From assembly GCF_009914755.1 (NCBI RefSeq), contig NC_060937.1: a stretch of DNA of 64,000 nt. One strand, given 5' to 3'. Both the position numbers and the translations under genes were made by a program. This DNA is from the human T2T-CHM13v2.0 reference genome, Homo sapiens. Under the pieces are notes generated by a model. It saw only the letters and a list, made by a program, of their open reading frames with translations. It was not told where the DNA came from and ran no database searches. Of this stretch, positions 51,501-64,000 are shown piece after piece (position 1 is the first letter of the stretch; each line of letters starts with the position of its first letter).

Positions 51501-54500
51501 TCGAAATGTCCACTTCCACAAACTACAAAAAGAGTGTTTCAAACCTGCTCTATGAAAGGCCATGTTCATCTCTATGAGTCGAATGGAAATATCCGAAAGA
51601 AATTTCTGGGAATGCTGCTGTCTAGTTTTTATACGAATTCCCGCTTCCAACGAAATCCTCAAAGCAATCCAAATATCCACTTGCAGAATCCACAAAAAGA
51701 GTGTTTCAAAACTGCTCTATCAATAGAAAGGTTCAACTCTTTTAGTTGAGTACACACATCACAAACAAGTTTCTGAGAATGCTTCTGTCTGGCTTTTATT
51801 GGAAGACGTTTCCTTTTCACCAAAGGCATCAAAGCGCTCCAAATGTCCACTTCCAGATTCTTCCAAAAGAGTGTTTGAAACGTGCTCAAAGTAAGGGAAT
51901 GTTCAACTCTGTGACTTGAATGCAGATATCACCAAGTAGTTTCTAATAGTGCTTCTGTCTAGATTTTAGATGATGATATTCCCGTTTCCAACGAAATCGT
52001 TAGAGCTATCCAAATATCCACTTACAGTTTCTACAAAAAGAGTGTTTCCAAACTGCTGCATCAAAAGAAAGGTTCAACTCTGTTAGTTGAGGACACACAT
52101 CACAAAGAAGTTTGTGAGAATGCTTCTGTCTAGATTTTGTATGACCATATTCCCTTTTCCAGCGATATCATTAAAGCAATCTAAATATCCATTTGCAGAA
52201 TCCACAAAAATAGAGTTTCAAAGCTGCTCTGTAAAAAGAAAGGTTCCACTCTGTTAGCTGAGTACACACATCACAAACTTGTTTCTCAGAATCCTTCTGT
52301 CTCGTTTTTATGGGAAGATATTTACTTTTTCACCGTAGGCATCAAAGCGCTCCAAATGTCCACATCCAGATACTCCAGAAAGAGTGTTTCAAACCTGCTC
52401 TATGAAAGGGAATCTTCAACTCTATGAGTTGAATGCAGACATCAGAAAGAAATTTCTGAGAATGCTGCTGTCTACCTTTTATTTGAATTCCCGCTTCCAA
52501 CGAAATCCTCCAAGCTATCCAAATATCCACCTGCATTTTCCACAAAAAGAGCGTTTCAAAACTGCTCTATCAATAGAAATGTTCAACTCCTTTGGCTGGG
52601 TACACACATCACAAACAAGTTTCTGAGAATGCTTCTGTCTAGTTTTTATGGGAAGACATTCCCTTTTTCACCAAAGGCATCAAAGCGCTCCAAATGTCCA
52701 CTTCCAGACACTACAAAAAGAGTGTTTCCAACGTGCTCTAAGAAAGCGAATGTTCAACTCTGTGACTTGAATGCAGATATCACAAAGTAGTTTCTGAGAG
52801 GGCTTCTGTCTAGATTTTAGATGATGATATTCCCGTTTCCAACGAAATCATTAGAGCTATCCAAATATCCACTTACAGTTTCTACAAAAAGAGTGTTTCC
52901 AAACTGCTGCATCAAAAGAGAGGTTCCACTCTGTTAGCTGAGTACACACATCACAAACTTGTTTCTCAGAATCCTTCTGTCTCGTTTTTCTGGGAAGATA
53001 TTTACTTTTTCACCGTAGGCATCAAAGCGCTCCAAATGTCCACATCCAGATACTCCAGAAAGAGTGTTTCAAACCTGCTCTATGAAAGGGAATCTTCAAC
53101 TCTATGAGTTGAATGCAGACATCAGAAAGAAATTTCTGAGAATGCTGCTGTCTACCTTTTATTTGAATTCCCGCTTCCAACGAAATCCTCCAAGCTATCC
53201 AAATATCCACTTGCAGATTCCACAAAAAGAGTGTTTCAAAACTGCTCTCTATCAATGGCAAAGTTCAACTCTGTTAGTTGAGGACACATATCACCAACAA
53301 GTTTCTGAGAATGCTTCTGTCTATTTTTTATGGGAAGATATTTCCTTTTTCACCGTAGGCGTCAAGGCGATCGAAATGTCCACTTCCACAAACTACAAAA
53401 AGAGTGTTTCAAACCTGCTCTATGAAAGGCCATGTTCATCTCTATGAGTCGAATGGAAATATCCGAAAGAAATTTCTGGGAATGCTGCTGTCTAGTTTTT
53501 ATACGAATTCCCGCTTCCAACGAAATCCTCAAAGCAATCCAAATATCCACTTGCAGAATCCACAAAAAGAGTGTTTCAAAACTGCTCTATCAATAGAAAG
53601 GTTCAACTCTTTTAGTTGAGTGCACACATCACAAACAAGTTTCTGAGAATGCTTCTGTCTGGCTTTTATTGGAAGACGTTTCCTTTTCACCAAAGGCATC
53701 AAAGCGCTCCAAATGTCCACTTCCAGATTCTTCCAAAAGAGTGTTTGAAACGTGCTCAAAGTAAGGGAATGTTCAACTCTGTGACTTGAATGCAGATATC
53801 ACCAAGTAGTTTCTAATAGTGCTTCTGTCTAGATTTTAGATGATGATATTCCCGTTTCCAACGAAATCGTTAGAGCTATCCAAATATCCACTTACAGTTG
53901 CTACAAAAACAGTGTTTCCAAACTGCTGCATCAAAAGAAAGGTTCAACTCTGTTAGTTGAGGACACACGTCACAAAGAAGTTTGTGAGAATGCTTCTGTC
54001 TAGATTTTGTATGACGATATTCCCTTTTCCAACGATATCGTTAAAGCAATCTAAATATCCATTTGCAGAATCCACAAAAATAGAGTTTCAAAGCTGCTCT
54101 GTAAAAAGAAAGGTTCCACTCTGTTAGCTGAGTACACACATCACAAACTTGTTTCTCAGAATCCTTCTGTCTCGTTTTTATGGGAAGATATTTACTTTTT
54201 CACCGTAGGCATCAAAGCGCTCCAAATGTCCACATCCAGATACTCCAGAAAGAGTGTTTCAAACCTGCTCTATGAAAGGGAATCTTCAACTCTATGAGTT
54301 GAATGCAGACATCAGAAAGAAATTTCTGAGAATGCTGCTGTCTACCTTTTATTTGAATTCCCGCTTCCAACGAAATCCTCCAAGCTATCCAAATATCCAC
54401 TTGCAGATTCCACAAAAAGAGTGTTTCAAAACTGCTCTCTATCAATGGCAAAGTTCAACTCTGTTAGTTGAGGACACATATCACCAACAAGTTTCTGAGA

Positions 54501-54724
54501 ATGCTTCTGTCTATTTTTTATGGGAAGATATTTCCTTTTTCACCGTAGGCGTCAAGGCGATCGAAATGTCCACTTCCACAAACTACAAAAAGAGTGTTTC
54601 AAACCTGCTCTATGAAAGGCCATGTTCATCTCTATGAGTCGAATGGAAATATCCGAAAGAAATTTCTGGGAATGCTGCTGTCTAGTTTTTATACGAATTC
54701 CCGCTTCCAACGAAATCCTCAAAG
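45545..54724. repeat. Alternating 1870+1190 block (3060-bp period, three copies)
   Basis: 11-mers start at 45545, 48605 and 51665, each followed by a 7-mer. A shared rare SNP lies at 50562 and 53622. Confidence 0.88.
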
Positions 54725-57700
54725 CAATCCAAATATCCACTTGCAGAATCCACAAAAAGAGTGTTTCAAAACTGCTCTATCAATAGAAAGGTTCAACTCT
54801 TTTAGTTGAGTACACACATCACAAACAAGTTTCTGAGAATGCTTCTGTCTGGCTTTTATTGGAAGACGTTTCCTTTTCACCAAAGGCATCAAAGCGCTCC
54901 AAATGTCCACTTCCAGATTCTTCCAAAAGAGTGTTTGAAACGTGCTCAAAGTAAGGGAATGTTCAACTCTGTGACTTGAATGCAGATATCACCAAGTAGT
55001 TTCTAATAGTGCTTCTGTCTAGATTTTAGATGATGATATTCCCGTTTCCAACGAAATCGTTAGAGCTATCCAAATATCCACTTACAGTTTCTACAAAAAG
55101 AGTGTTTCCAAACTGCTGCATCAAAAGAAAGGTTCAACTCTGTTAGTTGAGGACACACATCACAAAGAAGTTTGTGAGAATGCTTCTGTCTAGATTTTGT
55201 ATGACCATATTCCCTTTTCCAGCGATATCATTAAAGCAATCTAAATATCCATTTGCAGAATCCACAAAAATAGAGTTTCAAAGCTGCTCTGTAAAAAGAA
55301 AGGTTCCACTCTGTTAGCTGAGTACACACATCACAAACTTGTTTCTGAGAATCCTTCTGTCTCGTTTTTATGGGAAGATATTTACTTTTTCACCGTAGGC
55401 ATCAAAGCGCTCCAAATGTCCACATCCAGATACTCCAGAAAGAGTGTTTCAAACCTGCTCTATGAAAGGGAATCTTCAACTCTATGAGTTGAATGCAGAC
55501 ATCAGAAAGAAATTTCTGAGAATGCTGCTGTCTACCTTTTATTTGAACTCCCGCTTCCAACGAAATCCTCCAAGCTATCCAAATATCCACTTGCATTTTC
55601 CACAAAAAGAGTGCTTCAAAACTGCTCTATCAATAAATGTTCAACTCCTTTAGCTGGGTGCACACATCACAAACAAGTTTCTGAGAATGCTTCTGTCTAG
55701 TTTTTATGGGAAGACATTCCCTTTTTCACCAAAGGCATCAAAGCGCTCCAAATGTCCACTTCCAGACACTACAAAAAGAGTGTTTCCAACGTGCTCTAAG
55801 AAAGCGAATGTTCAACTCTGTGACTTGAATGCAGATATCACAAAGTAGTTTCTGAGAGGGCTTCTGTCTAGATTTTAGATGATGATATTCCCGTTTCCAA
55901 CGAAATCATTAGAGCTATCCAAATATCCACTTACAGTTTCTACAAAAAGAGTGTTTCCAAACTGCTGCATCAAAAGAGAGGTTCCACTCTGTTAGCTGAG
56001 TACACACATCACAAACTTGTTTCTGAGAATCCTTCTGTGTCGTTTTTATGGGAAGATATTTACTTTTTCACCGTAGGCATCAAAGCGCTCCAAATGTCCA
56101 CATCCAGATACTCCAGAAAGAGTGTTTCAAACCTGCTCTATGAAAGGGAATCTTCAACTCTATGAGTTGAATGCAGACATCAGAAAGAAATTTCTGAGAA
56201 TGCTGCTGTCTACCTTTTATTTGAATTCCCGCTTCCAACGAAATCCTCCAAGCTATCCAAATATCCACTTGCAGATTCCACAAAAAGAGTGTTTCAAAAC
56301 TGCTCTCTATCAATGGCAAAGTTCAACTCTGTTAGTTGAGGACACATATCACCAACAAGTTTCTGAGAATGCTTCTGTCTATTTTTTATGGGAAGATATT
56401 TCCTTTTTCACCGTAGGCGTCAAGGCGATCGAAATGTCCACTTCCACAAACTACAAAAAGAGTGTTTCAAACCTGCTCTATGAAAGGCCATGTTCATCTC
56501 TATGAGTCGAATGGAAATATCCGAAAGAAATTTCTGGGAATGCTGCTGTCTAGTTTTTATACGAATTCCCGCTTCCAACGAAATCCTCAAAGCAATCCAA
56601 ATATCCACTTGCAGAATCCACAAAAAGAGTGTTTCAAAACTGCTCTATCAATAGAAAGGTTCAACTCTTTTAGTTGAGTACACACATCACAAACAAGTTT
56701 CTGAGAATGCTTCTGTCTGGCTTTTATTGGAAGACGTTTCCTTTTCACCAAAGGCATCAAAGCGCTCCAAATGTCCACTTCCAGATTCTTCCAAAAGAGT
56801 GTTTGAAACGTGCTCAAAGTAAGGGAATGTTCAACTCTGTGACTTGAATGCAGATATCACCAAGTAGTTTCTAATAGTGCTTCTGTCTAGATTTTAGATG
56901 ATGATATTCCCGTTTCCAACGAAATCGTTAGAGCTATCCAAATATCCACTTACAGTTTCTACAAAAAGAGTGTTTCCAAACTGCTGCATCAAAAGAAAGG
57001 TTCAACTCTGTTAGTTGAGGACACACATCACAAAGAAGTTTGTGAGAATGCTTCTGTCTAGATTTTGTATGACCATATTCCCTTTTCCAGCGATATCATT
57101 AAAGCAATCTAAATATCCATTTGCAGAATCCACAAAAATAGAGTTTCAAAGCTGCTCTGTAAAAAGAAAGGTTCCACTCTGTTAGCTGAGTACACACATC
57201 ACAAACTTGTTTCTCAGAATCCTTCTGTCTCGTTTTTATGGGAAGATATTTACTTTTTCACCGTAGGCATCAAAGCGCTCCAAATGTCCACATCCAGATA
57301 CTCCAGAAAGAGTGTTTCAAACCTGCTCTATGAAAGGGAATCTTCAACTCTATGAGTTGAATGCAGACATCAGAAAGAAATTTCTGAGAATGCTGCTGTC
57401 TACCTTTTATTTGAATTCCCGCTTCCAACGAAATCCTCCAAGCTATCCAAATATCCACCTGCATTTTCCACAAAAAGAGCGTTTCAAAACTGCTCTATCA
57501 ATAGAAATGTTCAACTCCTTTGGCTGGGTACACACATCACAAACAAGTTTCTGAGAATGCTTCTGTCTAGTTTTTATGGGAAGACATTCCCTTTTTCACC
57601 AAAGGCATCAAAGCGCTCCAAATGTCCACTTCCAGACACTACAAAAAGAGTGTTTCCAACGTGCTCTAAGAAAGCGAATGTTCAACTCTGTGACTTGAAT

Positions 57701-60700
57701 GCAGATATCACAAAGTAGTTTCTGAGAGGGCTTCTGTCTAGATTTTAGATGATGATATTCCCGTTTCCAACGAAATCATTAGAGCTATCCAAATATCCAC
57801 TTACAGTTTCTACAAAAAGAGTGTTTCCAAACTGCTGCATCAAAAGAGAGGTTCCACTCTGTTAGCTGAGTACACACATCACAAACTTGTTTCTCAGAAT
57901 CCTTCTGTCTCGTTTTTCTGGGAAGATATTTACTTTTTCACCGTAGGCATCAAAGCGCTCCAAATGTCCACATCCAGATACTCCAGAAAGAGTGTTTCAA
58001 ACCTGCTCTATGAAAGGGAATCTTCAACTCTATGAGTTGAATGCAGACATCAGAAAGAAATTTCTGAGAATGCTGCTGTCTACCTTTTATTTGAATTCCC
58101 GCTTCCAACGAAATCCTCCAAGCTATCCAAATATCCACTTGCAGATTCCACAAAAAGAGTGTTTCAAAACTGCTCTCTATCAATGGCAAAGTTCAACTCT
58201 GTTAGTTGAGGACACATATCACCAACAAGTTTCTGAGAATGCTTCTGTCTATTTTTTATGGGAAGATATTTCCTTTTTCACCGTAGGCGTCAAGGCGATC
58301 GAAATGTCCACTTCCACAAACTACAAAAAGAGTGTTTCAAACCTGCTCTATGAAAGGCCATGTTCATCTCTATGAGTCGAATGGAAATATCCGAAAGAAA
58401 TTTCTGGGAATGCTGCTGTCTAGTTTTTATACGAATTCCCGCTTCCAACGAAATCCTCAAAGCAATCCAAATATCCACTTGCAGAATCCACAAAAAGAGT
58501 GTTTCAAAACTGCTCTATCAATAGAAAGGTTCAACTCTTTTAGTTGAGTACACACATCACAAACAAGTTTCTGAGAATGCTTCTGTCTGGCTTTTATTGG
58601 AAGACGTTTCCTTTTCACCAAAGGCATCAAAGCGCTCCAAATGTCCACTTCCAGATTCTTCCAAAAGAGTGTTTGAAACGTGCTCAAAGTAAGGGAATGT
58701 TCAACTCTGTGACTTGAATGCAGATATCACCAAGTAGTTTCTAATAGTGCTTCTGTCTAGATTTTAGATGATGATATTCCCGTTTCCAACGAAATCGTTA
58801 GAGCTATCCAAATATCCACTTACAGTTGCTACAAAAAGAGTGTTTCCAAACTGCTGCATCAAAAGAAAGGTTCAACTCTGTTAGTTGAGGACACACATCA
58901 CAAAGAAGTTTGTGAGAATGCTTCTGTCTAGATTTTGTATGACCATATTCCCTTTTCCAGCGATATCATTAAAGCAATCTAAATATCCATTTGCAGAATC
59001 CACAAAAATAGAGTTTCAAAGCTGCTCTGTAAAAAGAAAGGTTCCACTCTGTTAGCTGAGTACACACATCACAAACTTGTTTCTGAGAATCCTTCTGTCT
59101 CGTTTTTATGGGAAGATATTTACTTTTTCACCGTAGGCATCAAAGCGCTCCAAATGTCCACATCCAGATACTCCAGAAAGAGTGTTTCAAACCTGCTCTA
59201 TGAAAGGGAATCTTCAACTCTATGAGTTGAATGCAGACATCAGAAAGAAATTTCTGAGAATGCTGCTGTCTACCTTTTATTTGAATTCCCGCTTCCAACG
59301 AAATCCTCCAAGCTATCCAAATATCCACCTGCATTTTCCACAAAAAGAGCGTTTCAAAACTGCTCTATCAATAGAAATGTTCAACTCCTTTGGCTGGGTA
59401 CACACATCACAAACAAGTTTCTGAGAATGCTTCTGTCTAGTTTTTATGGGAAGACATTCCCTTTTTCACCAAAGGCATCAAAGCGCTCCAAATGTCCACT
59501 TCCAGACACTACAAAAAGAGTGTTTCCAACGTGCTCTAAGAAAGCGAATGTTCAACTCTGTGACTTGAATGCAGATATCACAAAGTAGTTTCTGAGAGGG
59601 CTTCTGTCTAGATTTTAGATGATGATATTCCCGTTTCCAACGAAATCATTAGAGCTATCCAAATATCCACTTACAGTTTCTACAAAAAGAGTGTTTCCAA
59701 ACTGCTGCATCAAAAGAGAGGTTCCACTCTGTTAGCTGAGTACACACATCACAAACTTGTTTCTCAGAATCCTTCTGTCTCGTTTTTCTGGGAAGATATT
59801 TACTTTTTCACCGTAGGCATCAAAGCGCTCCAAATGTCCACATCCAGATACTCCAGAAAGAGTGTTTCAAACCTGCTCTATGAAAGGGAATCTTCAACTC
59901 TATGAGTTGAATGCAGACATCAGAAAGAAATTTCTGAGAATGCTGCTGTCTACCTTTTATTTGAATTCCCGCTTCCAACGAAATCCTCCAAGCTATCCAA
60001 ATATCCACTTGCAGATTCCACAAAAAGAGTGTTTCAAAACTGCTCTCTATCAATGGCAAAGTTCAACTCTGTTAGTTGAGGACACATATCACCAACAAGT
60101 TTCTGAGAATGCTTCTGTCTATTTTTTATGGGAAGATATTTCCTTTTTCACCGTAGGCGTCAAGGCGATCGAAATGTCCACTTCCACAAACTACAAAAAG
60201 AGTGTTTCAAACCTGCTCTATGAAAGGCCATGTTCATCTCTATGAGTCGAATGGAAATATCCGAAAGAAATTTCTGGGAATGCTGCTGTCTAGTTTTTAT
60301 ACGAATTCCCGCTTCCAACGAAATCCTCAAAGCAATCCAAATATCCACTTGCAGAATCCACAAAAAGAGTGTTTCAAAACTGCTCTATCAATAGAAAGGT
60401 TCAACTCTTTTAGTTGAGTACACACATCACAAACAAGTTTCTGAGAATGCTTCTGTCTGGCTTTTATTGGAAGACGTTTCCTTTTCACCAAAGGCATCAA
60501 AGCGCTCCAAATGTCCACTTCCAGATTCTTCCAAAAGAGTGTTTGAAACGTGCTCAAAGTAAGGGAATGTTCAACTCTGTGACTTGAATGCAGATATCAC
60601 CAAGTAGTTTCTAATAGTGCTTCTGTCTAGATTTTAGATGATGATATTCCCGTTTCCAACGAAATCGTTAGAGCTATCCAAATATCCACTTACAGTTTCT

Positions 60701-63700
60701 ACAAAAAGAGTGTTTCCAAACTGCTGCATCAAAAGAAAGGTTCAACTCTGTTAGTTGAGGACACACATCACAAAGAAGTTTGTGAGAATGCTTCTGTCTA
60801 GATTTTGTATGACCATATTCCCTTTTCCAGCGATATCATTAAAGCAATCTAAATATCCATTTGCAGAATCCACAAAAATAGAGTTTCAAAGCTGCTCTGT
60901 AAAAAGAAAGGTTCCACTCTGTTAGCTGAGTACACACATCACAAACTTGTTTCTGAGAATCCTTCTGTCTCGTTTTTATGGGAAGATATTTACTTTTTCA
61001 CCGTAGGCATCAAAGCGCTCCAAATGTCCACATCCAGATACTCCAGAAAGAGTGTTTCAAACCTGCTCTATGAAAGGGAATCTTCAACTCTATGAGTTGA
61101 ATGCAGACATCAGAAAGAAATTTCTGAGAATGCTGCTGTCTACCTTTTATTTGAATTCCCGCTTCCAACGAAATCCTCCAAGCTATCCAAATATCCACCT
61201 GCATTTTCCACAAAAAGAGCGTTTCAAAACTGCTCTATCAATAGAAATGTTCAACTCCTTTGGCTGGGTACACACATCACAAACAAGTTTCTGAGAATGC
61301 TTCTGTCTAGTTTTTATGGGAAGACATTCCCTTTTTCACCAAAGGCATCAAAGCGCTCCAAATGTCCACTTCCAGACACTACAAAAAGAGTGTTTCCAAC
61401 GTGCTCTAAGAAAGCGAATGTTCAACTCTGTGACTTGAATGCAGATATCACAAAGTAGTTTCTGAGAGGGCTTCTGTCTAGATTTTAGATGATGATATTC
61501 CCGTTTCCAACGAAATCATTAGAGCTATCCAAATATCCACTTACAGTTTCTACAAAAAGAGTGTTTCCAAACTGCTGCATCAAAAGAGAGGTTCCACTCT
61601 GTTAGCTGAGTACACACATCACAAACTTGTTTCTCAGAATCCTTCTGTCTCGTTTTTCTGGGAAGATATTTACTTTTTCACCGTAGGCATCAAAGCGCTC
61701 CAAATGTCCACATCCAGATACTCCAGAAAGAGTGTTTCAAACCTGCTCTATGAAAGGGAATCTTCAACTCTATGAGTTGAATGCAGACATCAGAAAGAAA
61801 TTTCTGAGAATGCTGCTGTCTACCTTTTATTTGAATTCCCGCTTCCAACGAAATCCTCCAAGCTATCCAAATATCCACTTGCAGATTCCACAAAAAGAGT
61901 GTTTCAAAACTGCTCTCTATCAATGGCAAAGTTCAACTCTGTTAGTTGAGGACACATATCACCAACAAGTTTCTGAGAATGCTTCTGTCTATTTTTTATG
62001 GGAAGATATTTCCTTTTTCACCGTAGGCGTCAAGGCGATCGAAATGTCCACTTCCACAAACTACAAAAAGAGTGTTTCAAACCTGCTCTATGAAAGGCCA
62101 TGTTCATCTCTATGAGTCGAATGGAAATATCCGAAAGAAATTTCTGGGAATGCTGCTGTCTAGTTTTTATACGAATTCCCGCTTCCAACGAAATCCTCAA
62201 AGCAATCCAAATATCCACTTGCAGAATCCACAAAAAGAGTGTTTCAAAACTGCTCTATCAATAGAAAGGTTCAACTCTTTTAGTTGAGTACACACATCAC
62301 AAACAAGTTTCTGAGAATGCTTCTGTCTGGCTTTTATTGGAAGACGTTTCCTTTTCACCAAAGGCATCAAAGCGCTCCAAATGTCCACTTCCAGATTCTT
62401 CCAAAAGAGTGTTTGAAACGTGCTCAAAGTAAGGGAATGTTCAACTCTGTGACTTGAATGCAGATATCACCAAGTAGTTTCTAATAGTGCTTCTGTCTAG
62501 ATTTTAGATGATGATATTCCCGTTTCCAACGAAATCGTTAGAGCTATCCAAATATCCACTTACAGTTTCTACAAAAAGAGTGTTTCCAAACTGCTGCATC
62601 AAAAGAAAGGTTCAACTCTGTTAGTTGAGGACACACATCACAAAGAAGTTTGTGAGAATGCTTCTGTCTAGATTTTGTATGACCATATTCCCTTTTCCAG
62701 CGATATCATTAAAGCAATCTAAATATCCATTTGCAGAATCCACAAAAATAGAGTTTCAAAGCTGCTCTGTAAAAAGAAAGGTTCCACTCTGTTAGCTGAG
62801 TACACACATCACAAACTTGTTTCTGAGAATCCTTCTGTCTCGTTTTTATGGGAAGATATTTACTTTTTCACCGTAGGCATCAAAGCGCTCCAAATGTCCA
62901 CATCCAGATACTCCAGAAAGAGTGTTTCAAACCTGCTCTATGAAAGGGAATCTTCAACTCTATGAGTTGAATGCAGACATCAGAAAGAAATTTCTGAGAA
63001 TGCTGCTGTCTACCTTTTATTTGAATTCCCGCTTCCAACGAAATCCTCCAAGCTATCCAAATATCCACCTGCATTTTCCACAAAAAGAGCGTTTCAAAAC
63101 TGCTCTATCAATAGAAATGTTCAACTCCTTTGGCTGGGTACACACATCACAAACAAGTTTCTGAGAATGCTTCTGTCTAGTTTTTATGGGAAGACATTCC
63201 CTTTTTCACCAAAGGCATCAAAGCGCTCCAAATGTCCACTTCCAGACACTACAAAAAGAGTGTTTCCAACGTGCTCTAAGAAAGCGAATGTTCAACTCTG
63301 TGACTTGAATGCAGATATCACAAAGTAGTTTCTGAGAGGGCTTCTGTCTAGATTTTAGATGATGATATTCCCGTTTCCAACGAAATCATTAGAGCTATCC
63401 AAATATCCACTTACAGTTTCTACAAAAAGAGTGTTTCCAAACTGCTGCATCAAAAGAGAGGTTCCACTCTGTTAGCTGAGTACACACATCACAAACTTGT
63501 TTCTCAGAATCCTTCTGTCTCGTTTTTCTGGGAAGATATTTACTTTTTCACCGTAGGCATCAAAGCGCTCCAAATGTCCACATCCAGATACTCCAGAAAG
63601 AGTGTTTCAAACCTGCTCTATGAAAGGGAATCTTCAACTCTATGAGTTGAATGCAGACATCAGAAAGAAATTTCTGAGAATGCTGCTGTCTACCTTTTAT

Positions 63701-64000
63701 TTGAATTCCCGCTTCCAACGAAATCCTCCAAGCTATCCAAATATCCACTTGCAGATTCCACAAAAAGAGTGTTTCAAAACTGCTCTCTATCAATGGCAAA
63801 GTTCAACTCTGTTAGTTGAGGACACATATCACCAACAAGTTTCTGAGAATGCTTCTGTCTATTTTTTATGGGAAGATATTTCCTTTTTCACCGTAGGCGT
63901 CAAGGCGATCGAAATGTCCACTTCCACAAACTACAAAAAGAGTGTTTCAAACCTGCTCTATGAAAGGCCATGTTCATCTCTATGAGTCGAATGGAAATAT

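Larger units (their letters stand above)
1..64000 (-). repeat. Alpha-satellite HOR array, SF2 type, most likely D13Z1/D21Z1 (S2C13/21H1L), active-type centromeric array
   Basis: ~171-bp monomers carry typical alphoid motifs (minus strand CATTCTCAGAAACTT, GAGTTGAAC, TTTGAAACACTCTTTTTGTGGA). Near-identical 1870/1190-bp higher-order periods and CENP-B boxes in roughly every second monomer are seen. EcoRI sites at 821, 1501, 1841 and 2691 give 680/340/850-bp spacing. The family assignment is from recalled sequence and structure, not a database search. Confidence 0.95.

Noticed and set aside
1-62202. The 11/7 order as an information-bearing code
   Set aside because: Nested tandem duplications (8670, 3058/6116, 4930, 3060 bp) adequately explain the order, and there is no evidence of function.
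678-63985. Roughly 250 ORFs of 67-127 aa on both strands (MFQTCSMKGN..., MWKMQVDIW..., MPLIESSF...)
   Set aside because: They are chance frames in alpha-satellite that recur with the HOR period. They overlap on opposite strands, many begin at non-ATG codons, they show no recognisable domain, and they are freely frameshifted by the 2- and 4-bp indels.
1-64000. CRISPR-like or otherwise novel repeat-spacer system
   Set aside because: There are no unique spacers and no cas-like genes; the sequence is continuous diverged 171-bp monomers of a well-known satellite.
1-64000. L1/Alu insertion, inversion or array edge
   Set aside because: Unit lengths sum exactly to the coordinates (62202 plus a partial unit), CENP-B boxes stay on one strand, and no poly-A tail, target-site duplication or divergent monomeric zone is visible.
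1-64000. Alternative assignment to D8Z2 or D9Z4, which also have 11/7/4-mer variants; also a firm chr13 versus chr21 call
   Set aside because: EcoRI spacing and recalled sequence fit the 13/21 family better. Chr13 versus chr21 cannot be settled by eye and needs alignment to T2T arrays.
1-64000. Claim that this window is the kinetochore site (centromere dip region)
   Set aside because: This is defined epigenetically and needs methylation or CENP-A data; the sequence shows only that the array is homogeneous and rich in CENP-B boxes.

Overview
The whole 64 kb is one uninterrupted, single-orientation array of primate (most likely human) alpha-satellite higher-order repeat (HOR) DNA. It is built from ~170-171 bp monomers with dense CENP-B boxes reading on the minus strand. 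Using the recurring anchor CAATCCAAATATCCACTTGCAGAATCC (position 1), it parses into 39 units: 19 complete 1870-bp 11-mers, 6 1868-bp 11-mers, 12 1190-bp 7-mers, one unique 1184-bp 7-mer and a final partial 11-mer. The 11-mer length, the 850/680/340-bp EcoRI spacing and the recalled sequence fit the D13Z1/D21Z1 family (S2C13/21H1L); the many 7-mers tentatively favour chromosome 13. I see no genes, RNA genes, transposons, inversions or CRISPR arrays, and the ORF track is a repeat artefact. I did not find a new biological system. What is of interest is the record of array evolution: an 8670-bp tandem duplication, 18-mer (11+7) super-repeats, HOR haplotypes tied to unit length, and a singular 7-mer whose deletion breakpoint and intact sister copy can both be read. 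All comparisons were made by eye, so rare variants may have been missed.
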